Shown: piece after piece, positions 10,160 through 22,197 of the stretch | How the letters are laid out: the number at the start of each line of letters is the position of its first letter | Numbering within the stretch: the first letter of the stretch is position 1 | Assembly: GCF_963921235.1 (NCBI RefSeq) | Contig: NC_086097.1 | Coordinates: forward strand, 57,848,001 to 57,912,000 | DNA from: Mobula hypostoma | Lineage: Eukaryota | DNA: 64,000 nt | Direction of reading: 5' to 3' | Notes under the pieces: model-generated | Told to the model about the DNA's origin: nothing | Database searches by the model: none | The model's input: the letters and a program-made list of their open reading frames with translations, nothing else | Made by a program: the position numbers and the translations under genes

Positions 10160-13100
10160 TCTGTGCTTATTCGTTCATGCCTCATCTGTTGGGGCATAGT
10201 GGACTAATGAGATTTAGTACTGTGCGTGGGAGGTGGGAAGTCTGGGAGATCTCCAGTCTCCCTGATAAATACATTTGTACCAGCAGCACCGAGTTGCAGC
10301 TCCTGAGAGAATGTATTAAGGAACTAGAGTGGCAGGTCGATGACCTTCAACTCATACGGGAGAATGAAGAGGTGATAGAGACAGGAGCTACAGGGAGGTA
10401 GTCACCCCTAGGTTGGAGGACACAGGTAACTGGGTGACTGTCAGGAGAAGGAGGGGAAATGCACAGCCAGTGCAGAGTACACCTGTGGCCATTCCCCTCG
10501 ATAATAAGTAGACATCTTTAGATACTATTGAAGGGGATGACCTACCAGGGCAGGGGTGGGGGGTGGTGGTTGGGAGCCACAGTGCCTGGGTCTCTGGCAC
10601 TGGATCTGGTGTTGTGGCTCAGAAGAGCAGATAGGTGAAGAGGACTGCAGTGTTGATAGAAGTTTCTTTAGTCAGAGGTTCTATGGACGCGATAGAGACC
10701 CCCAGAGGGTATGTTGCTTGTCTGGTGCCTGGATCAGGGATATCTAGGATTGGGTGCATGATATTCTCAAGGGCAAGTGTGAGCAGCCAGAAGTTTTGGT
10801 GTATATTGGCACCAATGACAGAAGTAGACAAGGAGAGGATGTCCTGAAGAGAGTTTTTGGGGAGCTAGGTAGAAAGTTGTGAAACAGGACCTCCAGGGTA
10901 GTAATCTCTAGATTGTTGCCTGTGCCACGTGCCAGTGAGGGTAAGAATAGGATGATTTGGCAGGTGAATGCGTGGCAGAGGAAATGGTGCAGGGGGCAGG
11001 GTTTCAGGTTTATGGATCATTGGGATCTCTTCTGGAGACTTCGGAATCCGTGGGGTTTCAATATCCTTGCGGGCAGGTTGGCTAGAGTTGCTCGGGTAGG
11101 TTTAAACTAATTTGGCAGGGGGATGGGAACTGCAGTGATAGTGCTGAAGATGAGGTAGTTGGTTTACGAACAGAGGTAATATGTAGTGAGCCTCCTAGCA
11201 AGGACAGGCTGATGATAGGTCAACAGGATGACTTGCAATGTAAAGGTGGACAAAATCGAAAAGGCTGAATACAGGATGGAAGTGTTATATTTGAATGTGC
11301 GCGGTATATGCAATAAGGTAGATGAACTTGTAGCACAGTGACAGGTTGGCATGTACAAAGTATCATGTTGTAGGCATTTCTGAATCATGGCTGAAAGAAG
11401 AGCTTAATGTCCAAGGATAGACACTGTATTGAAAGGATAGACAGGAAGGTAGAGGGGTGGGGGAGGTGGGAGGCATTGCTCTGTTGGTAAAAAATGAAGT
11501 AAAATCATTAGAAAGAGGTGGCATAGGTGTGGAAGATGTTAAATCATTGTGAATAGAGCTAAGGAACTGCAAGGGTAAAAAGATGGGAGTTATATACAGA
11601 CCCCCTAACAGTAGTAAGGACGTGGTCTACAAATTACAATGGGAGATAGAAACTGCATGCCAAAATGACAATGTTACAATAGTCACAGGGGGACTTCAAT
11701 ATGCAGGTAGATTGGGAAAACCAGGTTGTTGCTGGATACCAGGAAGTGGAATTTCTAGAATGCTTATGAGATGGCTTTTTAGAGCAGCTCATGGTTGAGC
11801 CCACAACAGTATCAGCTATTCCCGACTGTGTTTGTGCAATGATCGAGAATTGATTAAAGAGCTTAAGGTAAAAGAACCTGTAGAGGAAAGTGTTCATAAT
11901 ATGATTGAATTCACCATGAATTTTGAGAAGGAGCAGCTAACGTTAGATGTATCATTATTACTACGGAGTAAAGTGAATTACAGAGGTATGAGAGAGGAGT
12001 TGGCCAAATTGAACGGAAAAGAACACTGGCGGGGATGACGGCAGAGCAGCAATGACTGGAATTTCTGGAAGCAATTCGAAGGCACAGGATATATACATCC
12101 CAAAGAGGAAGGAGTATTCTAAAGGAAAGATGACACAACTGTGGTTAACAACAGAAGTTGAAGCCAATGAGAGAGCATACAATAGAGCAAACATTAGACG
12201 GAAGTTAGAGGATTGGAAAGCTTTAAATAGCAACAGAAGGCAACTAAAAAGTCATTAAGAAGGTAAAGATGGAATACAAAAGTAAGCTAGCTAATAATGT
12301 TAAAGAAGTTACCAAAAGTTTCTTCAGATACATAAAATGCAAAAGAGAAGTGAAAGAGGATATCAGACCGTTGGAAAATGGTGCTGGAGTGGTAGTAATG
12401 GGGTACAAGAGTAAGTATTTTACATCCATCTTCACTGTGGAAGACACGAGCAGCATGGTGGATGTTCCAGGGGTCAGGGGTCAGGAGTGTGTGGTTTCAA
12501 TTACTAGGGAGAAGGTTCTTGGGAACCTGAAAGGTCTGAAGGTAGATAAGTCACCTGGACTAGATGGTGTACACTGCAGGATTGTGAAAGAGGTGGCTGA
12601 AGAGATTGTGGAGGCATCAGTAATGATCTTTCAAGAATCACTAGATTCTGGAATGGATCCGGAAGGCTGGAAAATTGCAAATGTCACTCCATTCTTCAAG
12701 AAGGGGAGAGGCAGAAGAAAGGAAATTATAGGCCAGTTAGTCTGACCTCAGTGGTTGGGAAGATGTTGGAGTCGATTGTTAAGGATGTGGTTTCAGGGTA
12801 TTTGGAGGCACATGATAAAATTGGTTATATTGAGCCTTGTTTCCTCAAGGGAAAATCTTGTGATAAATCTGTTGGAATTCTTTGAAGAAATAACAAGGAG
12901 GATAGGTAAATGAGAATCAGTTGTGTTTTAGAAGGCTAAAAATGAGGCTGCTTAAAAAGCTACGAGCCCATAGTATTACGGGAAGATTCTGGCATGGATA
13001 AAGCACTGGCTGACTGGCAGGAGGCAAAGAGTGGGAATAAAGGGAACCTTTACTAGTTGGCTGCCAGTGACTAGTGGTGTTCCACAGGGGTCTGTGTTGG

Positions 13101-14052
13101 GACAGATTCTTTTTATATTATATGGGGTAAGTGATTTGGATGATGGAATTGATGGCTTTGTTGCAATGTCTGCAGACGATACAAAGATAGGTAGAAAGGA
13201 AGTAGAGAACCTACAGAAGGACTTAGAAAGATTAGGAGAATGGACAATGAAGTGGCAGATGGGAAGTGTACAGTCATGCACTTTGGTAGAAGAAATAAAA
13301 AGGGTTGACTATTTTCTAAATGGAAAGAAAATGCAAATAAGTGAGGTGCAAAGGGACAGGAGTGTGTGTGCAGGATTCCTTCAAGGTTAATTTGCAGGTT
13401 GAGTCGGTGGTAAGGAAGGCAAAGGCAATGTTAGCATTCATTTCAAGAATGAGAATATAAAAGCAAGGATGTAATGTTGAGACTTTATAAAGCACTGGTG
13501 AGGCCTCATTTGGAGTATTGTGAGCAGTTTTGGGCCCCTTATCTTCGAAAGGATGTGCTGAAACTGGAGAGGGTTGAAAAAAGGTTCACGAAAATCATTA
13601 CAGGTTTGAACGGCTTGTCATATGAAGAGCATTTGATGTCTCTGGGCCTGAAGAATGAGGAGTGACCTCATTGAAACCTATCTAATGGTGAAAGGCCTTG
13701 AAATAGTGGATGTGGAGAGGATGCTTCCTGTGGTGGGAGAGTCTAAGTCCAGAGGACACAGCATCAGAATAGAGGGGCGTCCTTTTAGAACGGAGATGAG
13801 GATGAGTTTATTTAGCCAGAGAATGATGAGTCTGAGGAATTACTTGTCATAGGCAGCTGTGGAGGCCAAGCCTTTATATATGTTTAAGGTAGAGGTTGAT
13901 AGATTCTTGACTAGTCAGGGCATGAAGGGATATAGGGAGAAGACAGGAGATTGGGGCTGAGAGAAAAAGGATCAACCATGATTGAATGGTGGAGAAGACT
14001 AGATGGGATAAATGGCCTAATCCTTCTCCTATGTCTTATGGTCTTATGGTTT
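10160..14052 (+). mobile_element. CR1 LINE, near full-length and degenerate, inserted into the Sushi-like RT
   Basis: ORF1 remnants (CTELQLL, FMDHWDLFW), APE (GVIYRPPNS), RT (VTSGVPQGSVLG, ADDTKIG), (tcttatgg)n tail. The Gypsy RT is split between MDPSRL (14070) and LGFANF (10150). Confidence 0.92.
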
Positions 14053-16070
14053 TATGGACTGCCTGAGTCTACTAGGGTCCATCTTGGGATTGCCATTAGA
14101 GATGATGGAACCCAAAAATGAAATGGTGGTTACGTGAAACTTGGGCTTCTCCAGCTTTATGTAAAGTCCATGATCAAGAAGCCTCTTTACAATCTCTGAT
14201 GCGAGCGATCTGTCCTCCATGGATTTTGAGAAAATTAGGATGTCATCCAAGTAGATGAAGGCGTACTTTTGGAGAGCATCCTGGAGCTGTCGTTTATAAA
14301 GGCCTGGAAAATTGCTGGCATGTTTACAATGCCAAAGGGCGTGACAGATACTCATAGTGTCCTGTGTCAGTGTGTTGAATGTCATTTTCCACTCGTCACC
14401 CTCCTTTATGTGAACCAGATTTGAGAATAATCTTGCCCCTTGGAGAATCTCAAAGGCAGTGTTCATGAGTGAAAGAGGGTAATGATTCTTGACCGATATG
14501 CGATTCAGCACTTTATAATCAATACCTGGCCACAGGCTCCTGTCCTTTTTCTGTACAAAGATGAAGCCATCACTGGCTGGAGAGGTGGAGGTCCAAATGA
14601 ATCCCAGGACAAGAGTCTCCTTTATATACTCCTCCATAGCTGCTAGAGTTCCAGAGTGCTTTGGCAGCTCATTAGTTTGCTCCTGAACTAGAGATGGCTG
14701 GAGCTGGCTTGTCTGCCCTTGAAAGCAGATCTGAATTTCGTGAAGATTCTAGGTTACCCCGAACAGAAGTCTGCCCCTTCGACGGCTGCTGGTCACTGGA
14801 AAGTTTGGGGGGCAGAGCACCAAGCTAAAAATATACCCTCTTGCAGCGACTGGATTATCCCTTCCTTCTAGTGCATGGATGGGTTTTGCTGGGACACCCA
14901 AGGGTGTCTGAGGATCAGGGGTAGGTGAGGAGACTCAATGATATAGAAACTAATGTTCTCCACATGATCCTCTATCCTCATCCGCAAGATCAATGCCTGC
15001 TGCCGAATCTGCCCTGAACTAAACGGACGGCAGCTCAAAACAATTACGGACGTGAGCTGGCTCAACTCTCCCAGTGAGCCATGGGCGGTTCCCAAGTCCA
15101 GGAAATTTCCAGCTGCCATCACAGTCCTCCCAACACCGGGCGGACTTGACAGTTCTCCCGACGGCAGTAGCTTTGGACATTCAGCCCGCAGGTGACCTGC
15201 TTCCCCGCAGTAACAGCAGCAACCTCGACTCTGACACTGAAAGCTCTCATTGGCGGAGATTCTTACGTGGCTGATTTGCATGGGCTTGACAGGATCCTGA
15301 ACAGGAGTGGTCATGGACTAAGATCTGGGAGTGGAACTATGATGTGTTGAGGCCGGGCTCAAACTCGCCCTCTTCGACTTCTTGATGTAGTCCCTCTCGC
15401 GCTCTGCCAAACAATTAGAGACAAATGGATTGACTGATCAGAACCTCTAGGTCCTCTGCTGGCTTTCTGAAGGCGAGGGCATCCTTCAGTTCATTTTGGA
15501 GTCCTTGGCGATACAGAATGGGCAAGGCCTCCCTGTTCCAGCCACTCTCTTGGGTCAAGATCTGAAACTTGATAGTAAAGTCAGCCACTGACCGTCCGCC
15601 CCGTTGAATCTTCATCAGATAGTCGGAGCCTTGGCTGGCTCCAGCAGGATAATGGAGCACCTTCCTCATGGCACCCATGAATTCCTCCGAATCCAAGCAA
15701 ATCTCTGACCTCTGTTTGCAATATGCGGTGGCCCAGGCGAGGGCTCGACCAGTCAAAAGAGAGATAATGAAGGCCACCTTTCCGCGCTCCAAAGGGAACC
15801 GGGATGGCTGGAGTTCAAACACAAATGACCATTGAATGAGGAAGCTGAGGCAAGAGCTTGTGTCACCATTGAATCTCCCCAGGGTTTATGATTGAGCACT
15901 GAAGCTCAGTTCAGGTGCTCTTTAAATGCTCAATCCTTGGTGCCCAAAACATGGCGCCAATTGGCAAGACAGTCCTGAATCCTTAAAAGGGCCATGCCAG
16001 CTATTCATGCTCCGGAGAGTTAGAGCATCTAAACCCCGGAAGCGGGCGTGGTTGGGTGTGCATCGTAACA
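14053..16070 (-). mobile_element. gag-pol: Sushi-like Gypsy element, 5' part: gag, zinc knuckle, protease, RT
   Basis: KVAFIISLLTGRALAWATA (Retrotrans_gag), CYCGEAGHLRAEC, YLDDILIFS; possible 5' terminus TGTTACG at 16070. Confidence 0.9.
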
Positions 16071-16534
16071 GAAGGCGATTGGTAGGGAGGGATGAGAAGA
16101 TCGGGAGTTGCTGGGAGAGAGATCCCTGAGGAAAACAGAAAGGGGACAGAAGGAACAAATGACGTCTGGTCATGGGAACCTGTTGGAGATGGCAAAATGT
16201 GTGGGGAATATATGTGGATATGTTTGCCAGGAGCATAATGTGTTGAGTGTAACTGAAGTCTCACTGCTGGGGATTTTCGCCTGGGAGAGGATGCTGCCAT
16301 TGATTATGCTTGGACGTAATTTATCATCACATAAAGTCATCCTAAAATCATTGGAAGGATAGAAAAAAATCTATTTCCATAGTTCCTTTCAAATTTCCTT
16401 CAGGGTGTCACAAAGCAGGTTATCAATGCATTCTTGACCCACATTGTTTTCAGCCTCTATCTTCTAGCCTTCCCCCTTCTACCTCATCTGATTCCTATCT
16501 GGTTCTACCTATCACCTACCTGCCATTGTCTCAA

Positions 16535-16733
16535 AGTTTAAAGTTCAAAGTAAATTTATTATCAAAGTACATATACAATATGCTACCAGAAACTACCTTA
16601 GATTCATTTTCTTGCAGGCATTCACAGCAGCAGAAAGAAACACAATTGAATCAATGAAAAACTACACACAAAGACTAACAAAGAACCAGTGTGCAAAAGA
16701 AGGCAAACTGTGCAAATTTAGAAATAATAATAA
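16535..16733 (-). mobile_element. Rex1/Babar-type LINE 3' UTR fragment
   Basis: Reverse of an (actttga)n tail with AATAAA and a T-rich UTR; ends in (taa)n at the junction with the R4 element. Confidence 0.6.
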
Positions 16734-17178
16734 TGGTAACTTGCTTACAAAGTATATTTAAAATTGTAACATCTTGCATCTTACAACTAATCACCACTTA
16801 CTTAGATTATCACAATATACTTACGGAAGGATGCCATAAGGGTCTGAAAGGATGTAAAGAACAACTGTGAATAGATTCTGTAATTCTAAACCAAATCTGG
16901 CAGAAAAGCAGAAATGTTTCCTGTTGTTATATTGACTACTAAAAGCATTTGATTCTGTCTGACACACGTGGTTAATAGAAGCTGTAACTATATATAAACT
17001 ACACCCAATACTTGAGAAGTTCCAAAATCTGATGAAGTATTGGTAAACTCTAATCACCCATTTTATTAACAGCCAAAAAAGAACAATCACGGATATCAAA
17101 ATAAACAGAGGCATTTTCCAGGGCGACTCTCTAAGCCCACTATGGTTTTGCCTAGCTTTAAACCTGCTCTCTAATTTA

Positions 17179-17760
17179 ATGCAACATACATCAAAGTTGC
17201 TGGTGAATGCAGCAGGCCAAGCAGCATCTATAGGAAGAGGTGCAGTCGACGTTTCAGGCCGAGACCCTTCGTCAGGACTAACTGAAGGAAGAGTGAGTAA
17301 GGGATTTGAAAGTTTGAGGGGGAGGGGGAGATCCAAAATGATAGGAGGACAGGAGGGGGAGGGATAGAGCCGAGAGCTGGACAGGTGATAGGCAAAAGGG
17401 GATACGAGAGGATCATGGGACAGGAGGTCCGGGAAGAAAGACAAGGGGGGGGGGTTGACCCAGAGGATGGGCAAGAGGTATATTCAGAGGGACAGAGGGA
17501 GAAAAAAGAGAGTGAGAGAAAGAATGTGTGCATAAAAATGAGTAACAGTTGGGGTACGAGGGGGAGGTGGGGCCTTAGCGGAAGTTAGAGAAGTCGATGT
17601 TCATGCCATCAGGTTGGAGGCTACCCAGACGGAATATAAGGTGTTGTTCCTCCAACCTGAGTGTGGCTTCATTTTTACAGTAGAGGAGGCCGTGGTTAGA
17701 CATGTCGGAATGGGAATGGGATGTGGAATTAAAATGTGTGGCCACTGGGAGATCCTGCTT
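17179..17760 (-). mobile_element. Young Penelope-like 3' fragment inserted in the R4/Dong element
   Basis: QDLPVATHFNSTSHSH..LGSLQPDGMNIDFSNFR plus pLTR; hammerhead at 17243-17281; very similar to 50764-51337. Confidence 0.92.
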
Positions 17761-18039
17761 AGGCAATAACGCTTTTGCTATACCCATATTAACATTTTTT
17801 TGCATATCTTGGTATGAATCCGATCTGGAAAATTTACAAAGAAAAAGAAGAACTGAGATGTCAAATTTTAGAAAACATTATGTTCAATCAAACAACTTAG
17901 ATTATCACTACCTGGGAGGAAGAAGAATAACAGACAATTTACACAACAGTCAGAAAATACTTCTAAGGATATAATTTCATCAACAAAAACAGAATTTAGC
18001 ACTCCACGTGAGCATATGTAATTCTGGTAAGAAATACAC

Positions 18040-20121
18040 ATAAATAAGTAAGTAAATCTTATTCAGTATACTTTATACAGTATACGTATATTGAATAGAT
18101 TAAAAACCATGCAAAAAAGAGAAATACGATACTGTATATTAAAAAAGTGAGGTAGTGTCCAAGGCTTCAATGTCCATTTAGGAATCAGATGGCAGAGGGG
18201 AAGAAGCTGTTCCTGAATTGTTGAGTGTGTGGCTTCAGGCTTCTGTACCTCCTACCTGTTGGTAAAAGTGAGAAAAGGGCATGCCCTGGGTGCTGGAGGT
18301 CCTTTATAATGGACACTACCTTTCTGAGACACCGCTCCCTGAAGTTGTCCTGGGTACTTTGTAGGCTAGTACCCAAGATGGAGTTGACTAAATTTACAAC
18401 CTTCTGAAGCTTCTTTTGTCCTGTGCAGTATTCCCCCACCCCCCATACCAGACAGTGATGCAGCCTGTCAGAATGCTCTCCATGGTACAACTATAGAAGT
18501 CTTTGAGTGTATTTGTTGACATGGCAAATCTCTTCAAACTCCTAATGAAGTATAACCATTGTCTTGCCTTCTTCATGACAATATCAATATGTTGGGACCA
18601 GGTTAGGTCCTCAGAGATCTTGATGCCTAGGAACTTGAAGGTGCTCACTCTCTCCACTTCTGATCCCTCTATGAGGACTGATATGTGTTCATTCATCTTA
18701 CCCTGAAGTCCACAATCAGCCCTTTCATCTTACTGATGTTGAGTGCCAGGTTGTTGCTGCGGCACCACTCCACTAGTTGGCATATCTCACTCCTGTATAC
18801 CCTCTCATCACCACCTGAGATTCTACCAACAATGGTTGTATTGTCAGCAAGTTTATAGATGGTATTTGAGCTATGCACAGCCACACAGTCATGGGTATAT
18901 AGAGAGTAGAGAAGTGGGCTAAGCACACAACCCTGAGGTGCGCCAGAGTTGATCATCAGTGAGGTGGAGATGTTATCAGCAATCTACACAGATGGTGGTC
19001 TTCCAGTTAGCAAGTTGAGGATCCAATTGCAGGCGGAAGTACAGAGGCCCAAGTTCTACAATTTCTCAATCAGGATTGTGGAAATGATGGTATTAAATGC
19101 CGAACTATAGTGGATGAACGGCATCCTGAAATAGGTGCTTGTGTTGTCCAGGTGGTCTAAAGCCATGTGGAGAGCCATTGAGATTGCATCTGCTGTTGGT
19201 CTTCAGGTGAAGCAGGGATCTTCACAACTGTGGTTGTATCCTCCCTTCCAAAGCGGGCATAGAATGCGTTGAATTCATCTGGTAGTGATGCATTGTTTCC
19301 ATTCATGTTATTGGGTTTTGCGTTGTAGGAAGTAATGCCTTGCAAACCCTGCCAGAGTAGTCGTACATTTGATGTTGCCTCTAACCTCAATTGAAATTGG
19401 CTCTTTGCTCTTGAAATAGCCCTCCGCAGGTCATACCTGGTTTTCTGGTACAGGCCTGGATCACCAGACTTGAATGCCACAGATCTAGTCTTCAGCAGAT
19501 GACGTACCTCCTGGTTCATCAACGGCTTTTAGGTTGGGAATGTGTAGAAAGTCTTTATAGGCACACACCCATCCACACAGGTTTTAATGAGGTCGGTAAC
19601 AACTGCAACATACTCATCCAGGTTCGGAGATTAATCCCTGAATACAGTCCAGTCCACTGATTCAAAGCAGTCCTGTAGGCAATCTTGTGCTTCCCTTGTC
19701 CATACCTTCTTGGTCCTCATTACTGGTGCTGTGGTATTCAGTCTCTGCCTGTACTCAGGGAGTAGAAGTACAGCCAGGTGATCAGACTTCCTGAAGTGAG
19801 TGCGTGGAATAGCACAGCAGGCATTCTTGATGGTGGTGCTGTGTGTTGTTTCCCCTGGTATTGCAAGTGATCTGTTGATGGTAATTGCTTAGTGATTTTT
19901 TCAGACTGGCCTCGTTAAAATCTCCCAGAACAATGGTGAAAGCGTTAGGGTGTGCTGTTTCATGCACGTTGATCACATTACCTAGATCATCTAAATCCTG
20001 ATTGACATTGGTCTGAAGTGGGATGTATACTGCTACCAAAATGACCCTGGAGATCTCCCATGGTAGGTAAAATGGACGACACTTAACTGCTAGATATTCT
20101 AGGTCTGGTGTGTAGAACAGG
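18040..20121 (-). mobile_element. Rex1/Babar LINE (APE plus RT) inserted in the R4/Dong element
   Basis: [56 protein letters not shown]. Confidence 0.9.
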
Positions 20122-20669
20122 TATAATCAAATGGCAAACAACATTCACCAAAATCTTGCTTTAAAATACAAACTCATAAAAGACACCATACCTTACTATA
20201 AATACAAGCTTGATCCAGTTTTAGAGTCAGAGAGCTAGAAATTATATGACCGATCCATTATTACAGATAGAACAATCCATAATAACTGTCCGTCTATAAT
20301 AATACAAGATAAACAAGCAAGAACAACTCACTTAATAGATATAGCCATTCCAAGCACACACAACATACAGAAATCAATGTGAAAAACACCAGAAAAATGC
20401 TGACTTAAAAGAGGAAATTAAAGGACTATGGAACATGATCCAGGTATACATTAACCCAATAATAATATCTCCAGCTGGTTACTACACAATAGCATTAAGC
20501 AATTAGGCCTACACACTAATATTTATCTAAATCGCCAGAAAGCCATAATACTAAACACCACTAGAATAGTCCGAAAGTTCCTAGCAGTTGAGAAATGAGT
20601 GTGCTTGGCACAAACCCTCCCTCTCACTTCAAATTACTATGCTGAGTTCTTTTACTTTGCCGAAGCCAA

Positions 20670-20900
20670 TATAACACTGTGAATTTTGGTTGAGGGATGA
20701 ATATTAGGTTTGAAACTAGGGACACCTTCCTTTGTCAATTGAAAAGATGACATTAACTCTTCTATCTCCCACTTGGGAATAGCGGAGTGCTTTCTCTGTA
20801 CCTCATTTAGTGCCAGGCTCTTTGTATTTGCTCAACTTTCTGAAGTGGGATTGGAACCCAGCACTTCTGAAAGCAATAATGATGCCAACTGTGCCATAAC
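20670..20900 (-). mobile_element. Ancient tRNA-derived Deu-domain SINE (SacSINE1-like)
   Basis: Minus strand shows A-box TGGCACAGTTGGC, B-box GGGTTCCAATCCC and a Deu-like 'aatattcatccctcaacc'; degenerate and recognised from memory. Confidence 0.55.
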
Positions 20901-21731
20901 CGATGTATGTCGAGGTTCCGATTGAAATCAGAACACCAACGTTCAACCACATGAAAGTATTTCAGTTGATTCTATAGCAGACACATAAACTGCAAAGAAC
21001 CACAGCACTTAAAATTGTAAAGATGTGGCTGAGAAGGACAGAACTTCTCCATCACTAAGCACTTCACATAACTGATGATTCTTTAGACGCCTCTGCTTTA
21101 CCGAATGTGTGCATTTGGTAGCCTGTAAATTGTTTTGAAAGTATTGGCTCAGGATGACCATTGACCAAAACATCAGAAAACTTTCTGACTTTTTCAGGAT
21201 TTTCTACATTCCTATTGCCACAATTTCACCTTAAAGAATGTATTCCTGAAAACACTATATCAGTTTAGCTCTGAAGCATCTATCTTTATTCTAGAATATA
21301 TGGTTCTAGAGTGAGGCCATAAACCTACCTTTTTCTTTCAGCGTGGAGGGTGTTGCACAATGCCAATGTAAAAACTGATGGGTGAACATTGTCATGTAAG
21401 AACCTTGATGCTGGGCTACAATTCTTGTTTCATATTGCTTACCCAATGTAGGGATGTGGTACAAATGAAAATAGATGACATTGCAGTTTCTCAGAGGTTT
21501 CTAACATCTGGTTATCACCAGTTACATCAAAGAGGAATCAAAACTTCAAATTATTTTAAAACTATGAAAGTCTTAAGCATTTTAAACAAAAGCTTCCTTT
21601 GATCGACTTTCCAACCTGAACTGGAACCACATGGAGCAGTGAACATCTTACAGTTCTTCATCTGAGTAAACTTTCCTGAAATCTCTCTAAGATTACTGTA
21701 GAAATGATCTACCAGAGATAAAAGGATTTAC

Positions 21732-21820
21732 CTTGGACCAAGGCCATTCATCTGTTACAATACCACATACAGCATAAGCTGTTCGGGGGCCATCAGAAGG
21801 AATAAATGACCAACTCCAAT
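21732..21820 (-). CDS. Internal exon (89 nt) of the unidentified host gene
   Basis: tattag|AT..TCCAAG|gtaaat. Only one frame is open: (D)WSWSFIPSDGPRTAYAVCGIVTDEWPWSK, phase-matched to the upstream exon. Confidence 0.75.
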
Positions 21821-21994
21821 CTAATATGATACCATTGCGATCCAGAATTTAAATAACCATTTTAATCATTATCCAGAATAATGCTTATTCCTTCTAATGA
21901 ACAAAACCCTGAGTTTTGGCTTCTCTGTTACTGTGAGGGAGAACACTTGGTAAACACACCCCTTACAGATGTTTATTTACACACACACACACAC

Positions 21995-22149
21995 CTTGTC
22001 TTGTCATTGCACTAAGTGTTTGCCCTTCAATGTTCTTCCCCTGGTATATTCTCATCATGGGTCCTAAACTAAGCTGATGTGCTCGAGTTGGCTTTATGGT
22101 GCATTTCCCACCATACAGAACACAACATTCCATTTCTTTAATAACGGGG
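21995..22149 (-). CDS. Internal exon (155 nt) of the unidentified host gene
   Basis: tatatag|C..CAAG|gtgtgt. Reads (N)PVIKEMECCVLYGGKCTIKPTRAHQLSLGPMMRIYQGKNIEGQTLSAMTRQ; the last G plus AT across a 174-nt intron forms an Asp codon. Confidence 0.72.
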
Positions 22150-22197
22150 CTATATAAATGTGTATATGTTGTTTGTAGAATAAATTTAAGTAGATAT

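Larger units (their letters stand above)
16735..20610 (+). mobile_element. R4/Dong-clade RLE-type non-LTR retrotransposon in three pieces (16735-17178, 17761-18030, 20122-20610)
   Basis: Hand translation gives KGCKEQL.IDSVI, IDY.KAFDSV.HTWL, GIFQGDSLSPLWFCLALN, FAIPILT, NQMANNIHQNLA, DRSIITDRTIHNNCP and LIDIAIP (PD-D/ExK-type endonuclease). Confidence 0.85.

Noticed and set aside
14053..16070. Possible domesticated PEG10/RTL-like gene
   Set aside because: Multiple stops, frameshifts and a CR1 insertion indicate a dead Sushi-like transposon.
16821..17474. 217-aa ORF
   Set aside because: Chance read-through from a Penelope tail into the antisense strand of the R4 element.
21732..22149. Resemblance of the host peptide to beta/gamma-crystallin, transcobalamin C-domain or carboxypeptidase motifs
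   Set aside because: Only a few residues match and the spacing is wrong, so no gene name was assigned.
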